DNA of 64,000 nucleotides, from NCBI GenBank assembly GCA_964367355.1, contig CAYIWY010000001.1, positions 100,340 to 164,339 of the forward strand, in the 5' to 3' direction. The notes beneath the pieces are model-generated. The model was not told the origin of the DNA, made no database searches, and saw only the letters and a program-made list of their open reading frames with translations. A program made the translations under genes and the position numbers. Below, in pieces: positions 49,218-59,404 of this stretch (positions are counted from its first letter, which is position 1; every line of letters begins with the position of its first letter). This DNA comes from an uncultured Gammaproteobacteria bacterium. Its GTDB lineage: Bacteria > Patescibacteriota > Microgenomatia > Woykebacterales > RBG-16-39-9b.

Positions 49218-50195
49218 ATGCAAAAGCTTTTAGTAATTTGTGGGCCGACGGGGACGGGAAAAACTGACCTTGCACTTTCGCTTGCCGAAAAGTTCAACGG
49301 AGAATTGGTGAGTGCCGATAGTCGACAGGTTTACATTGGTATGGATATTGGTACGGGCAAAGAGCTAGTTGAAGTAAAAAGGCAAAAGGCAAAAGGCAAA
49401 AAATTAATTCAAAAATTCAAGAATTATTGGTTGGTGGGTAATATTCCAACCCATCTCTACGATGTTAAGAATCCTGACGAGAGGTTTTCTTTGGCGGAGT
49501 ATCAGCAGTTAGCATTGGCGAGAATTAAAGAAATTCAGTCACGGAAAAAGTTACCGATTTTAGTTGGCGGTACCGGACTTTACATCCAAGCAGTGACTGA
49601 AGGTTTAAATATTCCCAAAGCACCACCAGATTTTAAACTTAGAGAAAGATTGGAAAATGAACGGATCGAAGTATTGTTATCCGATTTAGAAAAATTTGAC
49701 CCTAAAACCTATCAAAAAATTGATAAGAACAATAAACGGCGGATTGTTCGGGCACTGGAAGTTTACTACCAACTTGGGGAGCCTTTCTCAAAACTGCAAG
49801 AAAAATACAAAGTTAACTTTGACATTTTGAAAATTGGTTTAAGCGCTGAGAGAAATACTTTATACCAGAAAGTTGATAAACGGATTGAACAATGGTTTGA
49901 AAATGGTTTTATCGCAGAAGTTAAGATTTTAATAAGAAAATATTCACCAAATCTAGCTTCCATGTCTTCCGTAGGTTACAGACAGGCAGTTATGTTTATT
50001 CAGGGAAAATTGGACTTAAGTAGTGCTAAACTGAGAATGAAATTTGATACCCACGGTTATATTCGACGCCAACTCACTTGGTTCAAGCGTGATCCAAGTA
50101 TTAATTGGTATGATATAACTATGGAAAATACCAGCGAAGAAGTGAGTTTTTTGGTTAAGAGTTTTCTTGAGAAAGAAAGTAATGATAACTCGTAA
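49218..50195 (+). CDS. miaA: tRNA dimethylallyltransferase
   Basis: GPTGTGKTDLAL P-loop. Confidence 0.9.
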   Translation: MQKLLVICGPTGTGKTDLALSLAEKFNGELVSADSRQVYIGMDIGTGKELVEVKRQKAKGKKLIQKFKNYWLVGNIPTHLYDVKNPDERFSLAEYQQLALARIKEIQSRKKLPILVGGTGLYIQAVTEGLNIPKAPPDFKLRERLENERIEVLLSDLEKFDPKTYQKIDKNNKRRIVRALEVYYQLGEPFSKLQEKYKVNFDILKIGLSAERNTLYQKVDKRIEQWFENGFIAEVKILIRKYSPNLASMSSVGYRQAVMFIQGKLDLSSAKLRMKFDTHGYIRRQLTWFKRDPSINWYDITMENTSEEVSFLVKSFLEKESNDNS

Positions 50196-51216
50196 AAATT
50201 TGATAATTTTACTAATAATTTCTGCTTGTTTAATTTTTTACCTAGCAAGAGACATAATGCTACCGTTTATTTTGGCAGCAGTGTTTGCTTATATATTTAG
50301 CCCAGTTGTAGATTTTATCCAAAAAAAACTTCGAATCAGACGAATCTTTGCTATAATTTTACTTTTCATTATTCTAATCGGACTAATTTCCTATTCTTCC
50401 TTCTGGGTTATCAGTAAGATTTTGGCCGAAACTTTGGAGTTTCAAGAAGAGATTGGTAACATAAATTCTTTTGGAATCAATGCGATAAAAAGACTACCTG
50501 AGTGGGAGATTGGTGGTCATATCTTTGGTTTAAAGACCTTGATTTTGGGGAACCTAGACTCAGTTGTCCTTTACGTGAGCCAAATTCAGGCCTCTTTAAT
50601 CCCGTTAGTTGGTGGCGTTTTGGCCTACAGCCTTAGAATTTTGGTTTTTATTGTTGCCTCTTACTACCTACTTAAAGACGGAAAAAAACTACTTGAAAAA
50701 ATAACAAGCCAATTTCCCCACAAATCCATTAAGGATGTCAGAGAAGTTACACATCAAATTAATATTGCCCTCGGAGGTTATTTAAGGGGTCAGTTGTTAT
50801 TGATCTTAATTATGGCAACTGTCAGTAGTATTGTATTGACAGTTTTAGGAGTAAAATACTCAGTAATTCTCGGAGTTTTAACTGGGTTTTTGGAACTTAT
50901 TCCTTTTATCGGACCGATTGTTGCTACTGCGATAGTGGCCAGTATTGCCTTTGTTTCTGGGGAAAACCATTTGGGTTTGGATCCGACAACACTTTCAATT
51001 CTTATTATTGGGATTTACTTTATACTTAGACAACTTGAGGACTATTTTGTTATCCCGCAACTATTAGGTATGTTAACTAGATTACATCCTTTAGTGATTC
51101 TTTTTTCGATATTAGCTGGTGGGGCGATTGCTGGACCTGTTGGGTTTATTATCAGTGTACCTATTGCTGCTTCGCTTCGTGTTTTGCTAGAATATTATTG
51201 GAAGAAGTCAATTTAA
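50167..51216 (+). CDS. AI-2E family transporter (PerM/UPF0118)
   Basis: 8-TM architecture and length. Confidence 0.7.
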   Translation: MRKKVMITRKNLIILLIISACLIFYLARDIMLPFILAAVFAYIFSPVVDFIQKKLRIRRIFAIILLFIILIGLISYSSFWVISKILAETLEFQEEIGNINSFGINAIKRLPEWEIGGHIFGLKTLILGNLDSVVLYVSQIQASLIPLVGGVLAYSLRILVFIVASYYLLKDGKKLLEKITSQFPHKSIKDVREVTHQINIALGGYLRGQLLLILIMATVSSIVLTVLGVKYSVILGVLTGFLELIPFIGPIVATAIVASIAFVSGENHLGLDPTTLSILIIGIYFILRQLEDYFVIPQLLGMLTRLHPLVILFSILAGGAIAGPVGFIISVPIAASLRVLLEYYWKKSI

Positions 51217-51232
51217 AAAAAAAGTTTCTTTT

Positions 51233-52240
51233 ATGAAGTCTGTCAAAGTAGAAATTTCACTAAAATCGGTTATCAAAATAATTGCCCTACTTATCGCTTT
51301 AGTATTTGTTTGGAAAATTCGATTCATACTGATTGCAATATTTTCCGCATATATTCTAATGATTGGTTTTGCTCAACTTGCAGATTGGTTTATAGCCAAA
51401 GGCCTTAACAAAACTCTTGCGGCGGTTTTTTCTTATTTAATTCTCATTTTATTTCTTGCGGTTGTGTTGTTTTTGATAATACCCCCACTAGTATTTCAAA
51501 TTAAAGGGTTTGTTGAACAATTTCCTAAATATGTTAGTGAGTTAAATTATCTGTATTCAGTTAGTGATTTACCTGGAGTCAAAACTGAGGATTTAACGGC
51601 AATATTATCCAATCAAATAGCTGGAATTCTTACTAATTCCGTAAACCTGATTTTTAATACCGTAAACGTACTTTTAAACTTTTTAACCGTAGCTGTTTTG
51701 AGTTTTTATATGCTGATTGAAAGGGAGCGAATTAAGAACAATATCTTTCGATTATTTCCAAATTTACCAAAAGAAAGAGTGACTTCGCTGGCGCACAAAA
51801 TTGAAAAACAAGTTGGCGGTTGGTTAAAGGGAGAACTTCTTTTAATGTTTATCATTTTTGTAGTGACTTTTGTTGGATTGACTCTTCTTCGGGTTGAGTA
51901 TGCACTGCCATTAGCTTTATTAGCTGGATTGCTCGAAGCGGTACCAGTAATTGGACCCATACTCTCAGCAGTTCCAGCGATTATTGTGACTTTTGCAGTT
52001 AGTCCGGTAGCTGCCTTAGGTGTGATTGTACTTTATATCTTTATTCAACAACTTGAAAATAATTTTTTGGTCCCAAAAATAATGCAAGGAGTGGTTGGTA
52101 TTAATCCATTACTTACGATTTTAGCATTGCTGATAGGTGCAAACTTTTTTGGGATAATTGGAGCGATACTCGCTGTGCCTTTAGCAGCAATTGTTCAAGT
52201 AGTAATTTACGATTTACTTGAACATCAGGATTTCAAATAA
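51233..52240 (+). CDS. AI-2E family transporter, tandem paralog
   Basis: Similar architecture to the preceding gene. Confidence 0.7.
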   Translation: MKSVKVEISLKSVIKIIALLIALVFVWKIRFILIAIFSAYILMIGFAQLADWFIAKGLNKTLAAVFSYLILILFLAVVLFLIIPPLVFQIKGFVEQFPKYVSELNYLYSVSDLPGVKTEDLTAILSNQIAGILTNSVNLIFNTVNVLLNFLTVAVLSFYMLIERERIKNNIFRLFPNLPKERVTSLAHKIEKQVGGWLKGELLLMFIIFVVTFVGLTLLRVEYALPLALLAGLLEAVPVIGPILSAVPAIIVTFAVSPVAALGVIVLYIFIQQLENNFLVPKIMQGVVGINPLLTILALLIGANFFGIIGAILAVPLAAIVQVVIYDLLEHQDFK

Positions 52241-52244
52241 TCTT

Positions 52245-53210
52245 TTAGAAAATTTCATAAATTGAAAAAATAAAAACAAAAAGAAAAACTGTGGTTATCA
52301 ATAGTCCAGCGATTATTTGAATTGGGATTTTTTTCCAAAATGTTAGTAGACAAAGTACACCAACTAAAATAAGCGGGATAAAAAATATCAAATTTATCGG
52401 ATAATTAATTCTGGTCTGACTAAACAAAGAACCTAGTCCAACTCCGATCGACAGATCGATCACCGAAGCCCCGACCAAGACCCCTAAAGCAAGATCTTCC
52501 CGTTTGTGTACCAAAGCGTTGAGTGTGGTAACTAGTTCAGGTAAAGAGGTACCTAGTGCGATTATAGTTGCCGATAGAAACAGTTCGTTTATTTGAAAAG
52601 TACTGGCAATCGAGAGCGCAGAAGTTACCATAAAACTACTACCAACTAGTAAAAACAACGCTCCAAAAATAAATTCAAACAAGGATTCTCTTTCTTTTGT
52701 GAAACTAAAAAAACCAACAATAATCTGAAATCTGTGCTCAATATTTTCAGAAATTGTTTGCGATTTTCCTCCAATTACAAATTCGAGCATAACAAAGAGA
52801 ATTCCAAGTGCAATCAGAAGTATATTTATTGGGTTGCCAAAGCTTGTATTTAAAGAAATGACTAAAAGTAAGATTGCTAAAACAAGAAAAATATTGATAG
52901 CTCTTGAAAAATAACCTAACTTAGGTCTCTGTTTTGTGACAAACAGAGATAAAGCAAGGATAATACCGATATTTATCAATGGTGATCCTAAAACAACTCC
53001 CAAAGCAAGATTAGGCTCGTGGTTGATCGGTCCAGCAACAGTAGCAATCACAAGTTCGGGGAGACTAGTGGCTACAGCTACAAAAGTTGCCCCGACAATA
53101 AAACTTGGGAGCCTAAATTGTCTTGCCCAATTTACACTCGATCTTCCAAGCCAATCAGAACCTTTAATACAAATAGCTAAAGCGGCTAAAAAGACAATAA
53201 TTTCCAGCAT
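52245..53210 (-). CDS. Ca2+/cation antiporter (CaCA / YrbG-like sodium:calcium exchanger)
   Basis: Two alpha-repeats with GATFVAVATSLPEL / GTSLPELVTT. Confidence 0.8.
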   Translation of the reverse strand: MLEIIVFLAALAICIKGSDWLGRSSVNWARQFRLPSFIVGATFVAVATSLPELVIATVAGPINHEPNLALGVVLGSPLINIGIILALSLFVTKQRPKLGYFSRAINIFLVLAILLLVISLNTSFGNPINILLIALGILFVMLEFVIGGKSQTISENIEHRFQIIVGFFSFTKERESLFEFIFGALFLLVGSSFMVTSALSIASTFQINELFLSATIIALGTSLPELVTTLNALVHKREDLALGVLVGASVIDLSIGVGLGSLFSQTRINYPINLIFFIPLILVGVLCLLTFWKKIPIQIIAGLLITTVFLFVFIFSIYEIF

Positions 53211-53261
53211 TAATTACAATTATACCCTGAATTTTAACTTCTGTCAGTCTGACCAAAAGAG

Positions 53262-53290
53262 TTGAAATTTACGCTGAAATGTGCTAAAAT
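53262..53290 (+). promoter_or_regulatory. Sigma70-type promoter TTGAAA-17 nt-TAAAAT driving RNase P RNA
   Basis: The spacing is exact. The predicted transcription start lies 7-8 nt downstream, at the start of P1. Confidence 0.7.
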
Positions 53291-53297
53291 GATTAGC

Positions 53298-53693
53298 GTT
53301 CGAAGGTAGAAGGATGAATACTACATTTTGCGTAAAGCTTCGTGTAGAGGAAAGTCCAGACACCATAAAGCAAAGTGGGCCGTGTAAGCGGTCAGCTGAA
53401 AGGCCTCGTGATCATTAAATTTACTAGAAATTTAATGATACAGAAGATGAATTAACATCTTTTGAGAGCAACAGAGACGAGTCTTGCTAGCTAGTATTTT
53501 TAGCAAGAATGAAACGGGCAATCCGCCTTGGTGCAACCTCCGACTGGTACGTTTGTAGCCCGCTTGGTGAGTACCGAAGACGAGGGCAGTCCGGTAATAC
53601 CGGACAGGAGTGACCAATAGATCACGCTTAGATAGATTTTCATCAGTTCCGACTTTTCGGAATGAACAGAATCTGGCTTACTCTCTACCTTTG
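53298..53693 (+). ncRNA. rnpB: RNase P RNA (bacterial type)
   Basis: Conserved P4 strands GAGGAAAGTCCAGAC and ACAGAATCTGGCTTA. P1 pairs aaggtaga with tctacctt. Confidence 0.85.
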
Positions 53694-53702
53694 AACATCA
53701 GA

Positions 53703-53737
53703 AAACTCAAGCTCGTATGGTTTGAGTTTTTTGTTGA
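53703..53737 (+). terminator. Intrinsic terminator after rnpB
   Basis: actcaagctcgtatggtttgagttttttg. Confidence 0.65.
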
Positions 53738-53769
53738 CAATTTTTGGAACTTAAGATTACAATTAGAAC

Positions 53770-54450
53770 ATGCCTGAAGAAGTAAACCCGCCAGAACAGT
53801 CCAAAGAAGAAAGCACAACTGAAGTTATCGATTTAGATAAAAAAACTCAAAAACCCAAATTAATAGCTATTTCCAGGGGAAAATTTATCGGTTTTATAGC
53901 TCTGTTTCTAGTAGTTTTGTTAGTGGTAGGTTACGGTTCGTATAGTTTTGGTGTCCAAAGTGAAAAAAATAGTAAAAGCGGACAAATCGAAAAAAAGGAA
54001 ACAAAAAAAACTGAGACAAATGAACCAAGAGTAGAAACTGTAGATATTAATGAAGAAGTCACTGTTAAATCCGGAATAACAGTTAAACTTGAAGAAGCAA
54101 AGTATGACGCAGCCTATGAAAAGCAAAAAAATGAAAGCAAAGAATATTACGAAAAGAATGCATCGCAGTCAGCTTATCTAGAGTCTGATTATTTCAAAAA
54201 TTCACAGCTTAATTTAAAAGTTTCGCTGGAAAATCTGACGAAAAAAGCTGTTTCATATAGCCCGTCAAGTTTTCGTCTGAAAGATAGTGATGATGTTCAG
54301 TATGTTGCAAATTATGAAGGGGATAAGCAAGTTTACGGCTTGAACCCTGACGAAAAAACTAAAATATCACTTTCCTACAATGTACCAACTAGCGAAAAAA
54401 AGTTTCGACTAATTTATGAGAACGCAGTGATTGAATTTTCAATCAAATGA
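53770..54450 (+). CDS. Membrane-anchored (N-terminal TM) extracytoplasmic protein, hypothetical
   Basis: A single TM after a charged N-terminus. A terminator hairpin (gtcttc ... gaagac) follows. Confidence 0.5.
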   Translation: MPEEVNPPEQSKEESTTEVIDLDKKTQKPKLIAISRGKFIGFIALFLVVLLVVGYGSYSFGVQSEKNSKSGQIEKKETKKTETNEPRVETVDINEEVTVKSGITVKLEEAKYDAAYEKQKNESKEYYEKNASQSAYLESDYFKNSQLNLKVSLENLTKKAVSYSPSSFRLKDSDDVQYVANYEGDKQVYGLNPDEKTKISLSYNVPTSEKKFRLIYENAVIEFSIK

Positions 54451-54490
54451 CGTCTTCCCGGGCTCCGCTTGAAGACAGGACTAACCTCTC

Positions 54491-54868
54491 TTAACCGATT
54501 ATTTCTTTAACGTGAGCCACTGTAGTTTGTGGAGTTGTGGTGGCTTTTATTAAGTATTCTGTGGCTCCCAGTTTCATCGCTCTTTGGAGAAATTTATCAT
54601 CATCCAAATTGGTCATCATCACCACTGGAATGTGTGCGGTTTTGGGGTTCTCTTTTAATTTCGAGAGTACGTGAAATCCGTCAAATCCCGGAATAATAAT
54701 ATCAAGTAGAATGATATCAAAGGCTTCGTTTTCCGAAAAAGAAACAGCGTCAGGTCCGCTTGAAGCAAGATAAACAATGTATCCGGATTTTTCAAAAAAG
54801 TGTTGGTAAGTTTCTCTCAGAATGCTATCGTCTTCAACTAACAGAATTTTTTTTGTTGTAGAGGTCAT
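54491..54868 (-). CDS. Standalone response-regulator receiver (CheY-like) domain protein
   Basis: The DD...D...T...K receiver pattern: LLVEDD ... LLDIIIP ... MMTN ... K. Confidence 0.8.
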   Translation of the reverse strand: MTSTTKKILLVEDDSILRETYQHFFEKSGYIVYLASSGPDAVSFSENEAFDIILLDIIIPGFDGFHVLSKLKENPKTAHIPVVMMTNLDDDKFLQRAMKLGATEYLIKATTTPQTTVAHVKEIIG

Positions 54869-54999
54869 AATAGTATCTTAACACTTACTATAATGATAAA
54901 AAAGACTACTTGTTTTTGTCCTCAATGTAACTATAATTTATGCAATTGTATCTGAAGCAATTATAAATTATGAGTTTCCCAACGATATAATTTTGTCCA

Positions 55000-56052
55000 A
55001 TGCTTGCTAAAATATATTCGGGTTCATTATTTGGATTGGAGGCTTTGCCAATCACAGTTGAGGTTGATATTGCTTCTCAGGGTTTACCCTCATTTACTAT
55101 AGTGGGTTTGCCTGATAAGGCAGTCGAAGAGTCGAAAGAAAGGGTTCGGGCGGCTTTGAAAAACAGCGGTGCTGATATACCGGCTAAACGGATAACTGTC
55201 AACCTTGCTCCGGCTGATTTTCCTAAAGAAGGACCTGCATTTGATCTACCAATTGCAGTTGGCATTTTACTGGCTTCGGGACAACTCGAAGCTGATCTTT
55301 CAAAAAGCCTAATTTTTGGAGAGCTCTCACTCGATGGTTCAATCTATCCGACAAAAGGAGCTTTGATTTTGGCAACTATGGCGAAAGCACAAGGTTTTTC
55401 TGATCTGCTTATTTCCAAGGGTAACAGTATTGAAGCAAGTGTAGTCTTAGGATTAAATATTTTTCCAGCTAAAAATATAAAAGAGGTTTTTGATCATCTT
55501 TCAAAAATTGAACTTCTTAAAGCAATGGCTCCAGTTGAGTTTAATTTCGAGGAAGAGGATTTAGAGGATTTTGATATGAAAGAAGTAAAGGGTCAGGAAC
55601 AAGCTAAACGAGCCTTAGAGATTGCGGCAGCGGGTGGGCATAATGTATTGCTCCGCGGTTCTCCTGGGGCAGGCAAGACTATGCTTGCGCGTTCTTTTGC
55701 CTCAATTCTACCTAAACTAACTTTTGAAGAAGCCGTTGAGGTTACCAAAATCTATTCCATATTAGGTGGAGTTAAGGAAGGTTTGGTCCAGAAGCGAGCT
55801 TTCAGATCTCCTCATCACACCGCTAGTAGTGTTGGAATTATTGGTGGTGGGACAAATCCAAAACCCGGAGAGATTTCTATGGCCCATCGAGGTGTGCTCT
55901 TTCTTGACGAATTCCCCGAATTTCCCCGAGCTGTACTTGAAGCTCTTCGCCAACCGCTTGAAGATGGTTATGTTGTTGTCTCGAGAGCAAGTAGTAGTGC
56001 TAAATTTCCGGCTAAATTTACATTAATTGCTGCTGCCAATCCTTGTCCTTAA
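55000..56052 (+). pseudogene. comM: comM/yifB (Mg-chelatase-like AAA+ ATPase), 5' part only. It is truncated after ...AANPCP, at the CPCG zinc motif, by an insertion.
   Basis: N-terminal ChlI domain, Walker A GSPGAGKT, Walker B VLFLDEF. The ORF stops exactly where CPCGY is expected. The C-terminal portion of about 150 aa is absent. Confidence 0.7.
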
Positions 56053-56112
56053 GGGTATACATTAGGACTGATTAAGTTTCTCCAACGGTTTTTAGCCGAT
56101 TACAGCGGATTG

Positions 56113-56409
56113 TTATTTTGGTTTATCAAATTGGCGTAACCATTTCCATGCTTTTTCGGGGAGCCAACCATTTCTATTTTTGTAATTAACTTCCATTAAC
56201 AAGAATCGCTGTTGCGGCCATTTTTTAACGATCTCATTTTGAATTGTCTCAAGTGTCCATTGAGATTTGAGTAGGTAGGTTCCAGGCAAATAATGCCACC
56301 AATTTTGAATTTTTGGGCTTTTTGAAATTATTTCGTGAAGTCCGACTTCATCGGACGTAGTGGGATCAAATGACAAAGAGTAAATTTTATAAAAGAGGTT
56401 AACTTGCAT
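56113..56409 (-). CDS. Hypothetical protein (element)
   Basis: ORF. Confidence 0.4.
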   Translation of the reverse strand: MQVNLFYKIYSLSFDPTTSDEVGLHEIISKSPKIQNWWHYLPGTYLLKSQWTLETIQNEIVKKWPQQRFLLMEVNYKNRNGWLPEKAWKWLRQFDKPK

Positions 56410-56809
56410 CGCTTACCTCCTTTATTTTACCTTCTTCTCTTGCTTCAATACTAGGTTGGGAAGTCTCAGAAAATTTAGGCAACGAAAACACTTCAAGTTC
56501 GGTAAGTTCGTTTCCTTTTTCGCCTAAACCCTTTGCTGATAGCTTCATTCCAAGTTTTTGAACACTCTCGCTTGATAGCATATGGGGTGTATTTTTTGCG
56601 AAATGATCGTGTATGTAAACTGTGTAACATAGTACGAGAGTGGAAGGAGCGAAAACAAGCAAATTTTTTGATAATAAAAAGACAATTAGAGAAGCAAGAA
56701 TAACTAGAAAATTTAGAATTAGAATTGGAGTAAAGACACTTGCTCTTTTCGAAACAACTTCTCCAACTGCTCTTGTAATCGATTCTGAAGGATTCTCTAA
56801 CATTGACAC
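56399..56809 (-). CDS. Hypothetical membrane protein (element)
   Basis: ORF with a TM helix. Confidence 0.4.
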   Translation of the reverse strand: MSMLENPSESITRAVGEVVSKRASVFTPILILNFLVILASLIVFLLSKNLLVFAPSTLVLCYTVYIHDHFAKNTPHMLSSESVQKLGMKLSAKGLGEKGNELTELEVFSLPKFSETSQPSIEAREEGKIKEVSDAS

Positions 56810-56842
56810 ATATATTACTTGATTTGCTAGTATAATTAAAGT

Positions 56843-57241
56843 GTGTCAAACAAAAGTATTACATTTCAGGATAAAGAAAAAATAAAGCAGGCCTTGGCGA
56901 AGGGGAAAACTTATCGTGAGGCGTTGTTAGATACTTCTGTGGCTAGCACTAGAACTGTTGGAAAAATAGCAAAAGAGTCGGTTACAGAAATAAAGCAGCT
57001 GAGGGAAACCTACCTTCAGTTGATTGAGAAAAACAAAGCCGGAATGAATGACCGCGCTAAGCTTTGGGCTGATATGACACGTGCTACTAAGCTGATAAAC
57101 GATAAAGAGACCCCCGATTGGTTGAATCGTCGCGAGGCTTTGGTGTATATCGATCAGATAGCTGGACTTTCCAAAGACAATTTGGGTATAAATCTGATTC
57201 AAATTAATTTATCACCAGAAATTCAAGAGCTTGCGCAGTAA
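56843..57241 (+). CDS. Hypothetical protein, possible HTH regulator (GTG start)
   Basis: ORF with TATAAT immediately upstream; helical. Confidence 0.4.
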   Translation: MSNKSITFQDKEKIKQALAKGKTYREALLDTSVASTRTVGKIAKESVTEIKQLRETYLQLIEKNKAGMNDRAKLWADMTRATKLINDKETPDWLNRREALVYIDQIAGLSKDNLGINLIQINLSPEIQELAQ

Positions 57242-57310
57242 GGTGGGGGGTACCCTCGAATCGGAGTCCCACCTAGGAAAAAGAATACTTAGTCAGTAGT
57301 CGCAGTTTTT

Positions 57311-57673
57311 CTAGTTTTTTAAACCATGTGAAAGAAGACAAGATTTATAACTTTGCTCTATTTTTTCTCGGTAAACTGATCCTGGCCACCACCAACCCCA
57401 CGACCCACCAAGTTGGTAGCTGTTATATCTTTCAGGATCATCAGTCCAAACGGCCCAGATTTTTCCTTTTTCCCAGTTTTGGTTTTCCTCACCATACTTT
57501 AGATTAATAAATTCATTAGAGTTGCTTTCCCATTTTTTTAATGTAGTTGCGTAACATTGTTTTCTGATTTCGGTTGGTCTCCATTGAAACCAATAAAACC
57601 AACCACTAATAATAGCGACAATCAAAAGTCCAAATAATACTTTCCATGAACTATTTTTTATTAGATTTTTCAT
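57311..57673 (-). CDS. Small single-pass membrane protein, paralog 3
   Basis: N-terminal TM with a GWFYWFQW motif and paired Cys. Confidence 0.5.
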   Translation of the reverse strand: MKNLIKNSSWKVLFGLLIVAIISGWFYWFQWRPTEIRKQCYATTLKKWESNSNEFINLKYGEENQNWEKGKIWAVWTDDPERYNSYQLGGSWGWWWPGSVYREKIEQSYKSCLLSHGLKN

Positions 57674-58017
57674 TAATAATAAGCTCCATTATTTTCCATA
57701 CAATTTTCCATACTCACTTCATAAAATCCACTAAAATCTTTGTCTGTGAAATTCCCTATTTTTACTGCTTCTTTTGCAAAATTGTTAGCTTTAATTGAAC
57801 AACCTTTTTTTATTTGAGCAGGTTTATAATCAACGAAATACCAGGAACCCGCTATTAAAATAATGACTACGAATAAAAATAGTAACTTCGTCGAGGTTTT
57901 AACTGGTTCCTCACTATTTCCAGTTCTAGATTTATGTAATATTTCCCCAACTCTTTGCCAATCTGACAAAGTATAAGAATCTGTAAAATGGGGGTTATTT
58001 TTGTTTATTTTTTTCAT
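57673..58017 (-). CDS. Small single-pass membrane protein, paralog 2
   Basis: TM with GSWYFVDY and paired Cys. Confidence 0.5.
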   Translation of the reverse strand: MKKINKNNPHFTDSYTLSDWQRVGEILHKSRTGNSEEPVKTSTKLLFLFVVIILIAGSWYFVDYKPAQIKKGCSIKANNFAKEAVKIGNFTDKDFSGFYEVSMENCMENNGAYY

Positions 58018-58328
58018 TTATCTAACCCTTTTTCTCTTAGACCTTTTTGAATACAATTACTGTATTCATTGTCGTAGTTTTCGCCGTAGGATTGGAATGG
58101 GAGACCTACTTTTATTTTTGCAATGTTGACATCAATTAAAAGAGTTGCAGTTTTAATGGCTTTAGCATTACAATCGGTTACTAATTTGCGGCGAAATTCT
58201 ACCTCTTCTTTTTCAACACGAAGTTTTTCCTGGTTGGCTTGGTAAGGTAAGTATTGAAACCAATAGAACCAACCACCAATTAAGGCTACAACTAAAACTG
58301 CAAGAATTTTAGGAATTAGTTTTTTCAT
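58014..58328 (-). CDS. Small single-pass membrane protein, paralog 1
   Basis: TM with GGWFYWFQY and paired Cys. Confidence 0.5.
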   Translation of the reverse strand: MKKLIPKILAVLVVALIGGWFYWFQYLPYQANQEKLRVEKEEVEFRRKLVTDCNAKAIKTATLLIDVNIAKIKVGLPFQSYGENYDNEYSNCIQKGLREKGLDK

Positions 58329-59335
58329 TTTTTTAATTTTGATAGTAGCTTGAATTTGAAGGCTAGAAAACCGGAAACTGCTAAAAGTCCAATTAAGGTT
58401 AAACCAAGAAGAGGCTTTGAAAAAGATCCTTTAATTAAGTTTTTACTGTCCTTGTTTTCTTTTGCGCTAGATTGAGTAGCTGATTTGGTGGCCTTTTTAG
58501 TTTCCGCGAGACCTAGATTTTCAGAAGCATTAGAATTCTGATTGTCGGCACTTTCACCCAAAGATTGTCCGTTTTGGTTACTTGGACTTGGTTGATTTTG
58601 ATTTGAACTTGTGTTTGGTGAGTTTGGGTTGGTTGTAGTGTTGTTTTGCTGCAGAATCGCAGTAAAGAATAACTCCTTCGCAGAACTATTTCCAGCCATG
58701 TCATACGCTTGTGCAACAACTCTGTTCAAACCACTTGTTAAACTAATATTAGTTGAAAATGCCCCATCTGAACCAATAGTTACACCTTGACCGTTGAGTG
58801 TAAGTACACTGATCGGTGATGTAGGATCAGTAACTTTCCCAGTTACGGTCACACTGTTTTGATTAAGTGTTGAATTTTCCCCCGGCGAAGTAAAAGTAAT
58901 ACTAGGAGAATTGGGATCATATTTAACCACATGAGTATATATTGTACTGTTTGGTTGAACTGTCCCGCTGCAGGGTGGGTATCCAGGATAGGTAATGTGA
59001 TGGGTGTACTGAGAATAATAAATTGTGTGGGTACCCACCCCAACGGGGGTACCATCACTTGGACCACTTCTAGCTATATTTATGCTACCAGCATCACAAA
59101 CTCCAGTATGGATATTCCATTCACCTGAGTCGACTTTGTACATAGATGTTGCACCAGATTCTTCGGTTAAACTAAATCTTGGTTGTGTTTTGTAGTAACC
59201 ATTACTACCATCAGGCGTATTCGGTTTAATTGTTAATTGAACTACTCCCACAGCTAAAGCAACTGATTGGTTTATTAGACTTATAAAAGTTAATAAGCTT
59301 GCCAGAGCGATGATTAATTTGAATCTCAGTTTCAT
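58325..59335 (-). CDS. Secreted surface protein: signal peptide, Ig-like domain(s), an N/S/Q-rich stalk and a C-terminal TM anchor
   Basis: Signal MKLRFKLIIALASLLTFISLINQSVALA. Ig-like segment PISVLTLNGQGVTIGSDGAFS. C-terminal hydrophobic anchor followed by KK. Confidence 0.6.
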   Translation of the reverse strand: MKLRFKLIIALASLLTFISLINQSVALAVGVVQLTIKPNTPDGSNGYYKTQPRFSLTEESGATSMYKVDSGEWNIHTGVCDAGSINIARSGPSDGTPVGVGTHTIYYSQYTHHITYPGYPPCSGTVQPNSTIYTHVVKYDPNSPSITFTSPGENSTLNQNSVTVTGKVTDPTSPISVLTLNGQGVTIGSDGAFSTNISLTSGLNRVVAQAYDMAGNSSAKELFFTAILQQNNTTTNPNSPNTSSNQNQPSPSNQNGQSLGESADNQNSNASENLGLAETKKATKSATQSSAKENKDSKNLIKGSFSKPLLGLTLIGLLAVSGFLAFKFKLLSKLKK

Positions 59336-59404
59336 TTCGCCAATTATACACTATTAATACAACTATAAGACTTATTATCGGGTTTACTGTATAATTTAGT
59401 TACT

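Noticed and set aside
56047-56058. Programmed stop-codon readthrough or recoding at the comM stop (CP-stop-GY resembles CPCGY)
   Set aside because: The sequence after GY has no similarity to ComM, and genes of the opposite strand follow. The GY match is too short to mean anything.
57243-57275. tRNA fragment in the GC hairpin aggtgggGGGTACCCTCGAATCGGAGTcccacct
   Set aside because: It does not form a T-arm and acceptor consistent with a tRNA. It is better explained as a convergent terminator.
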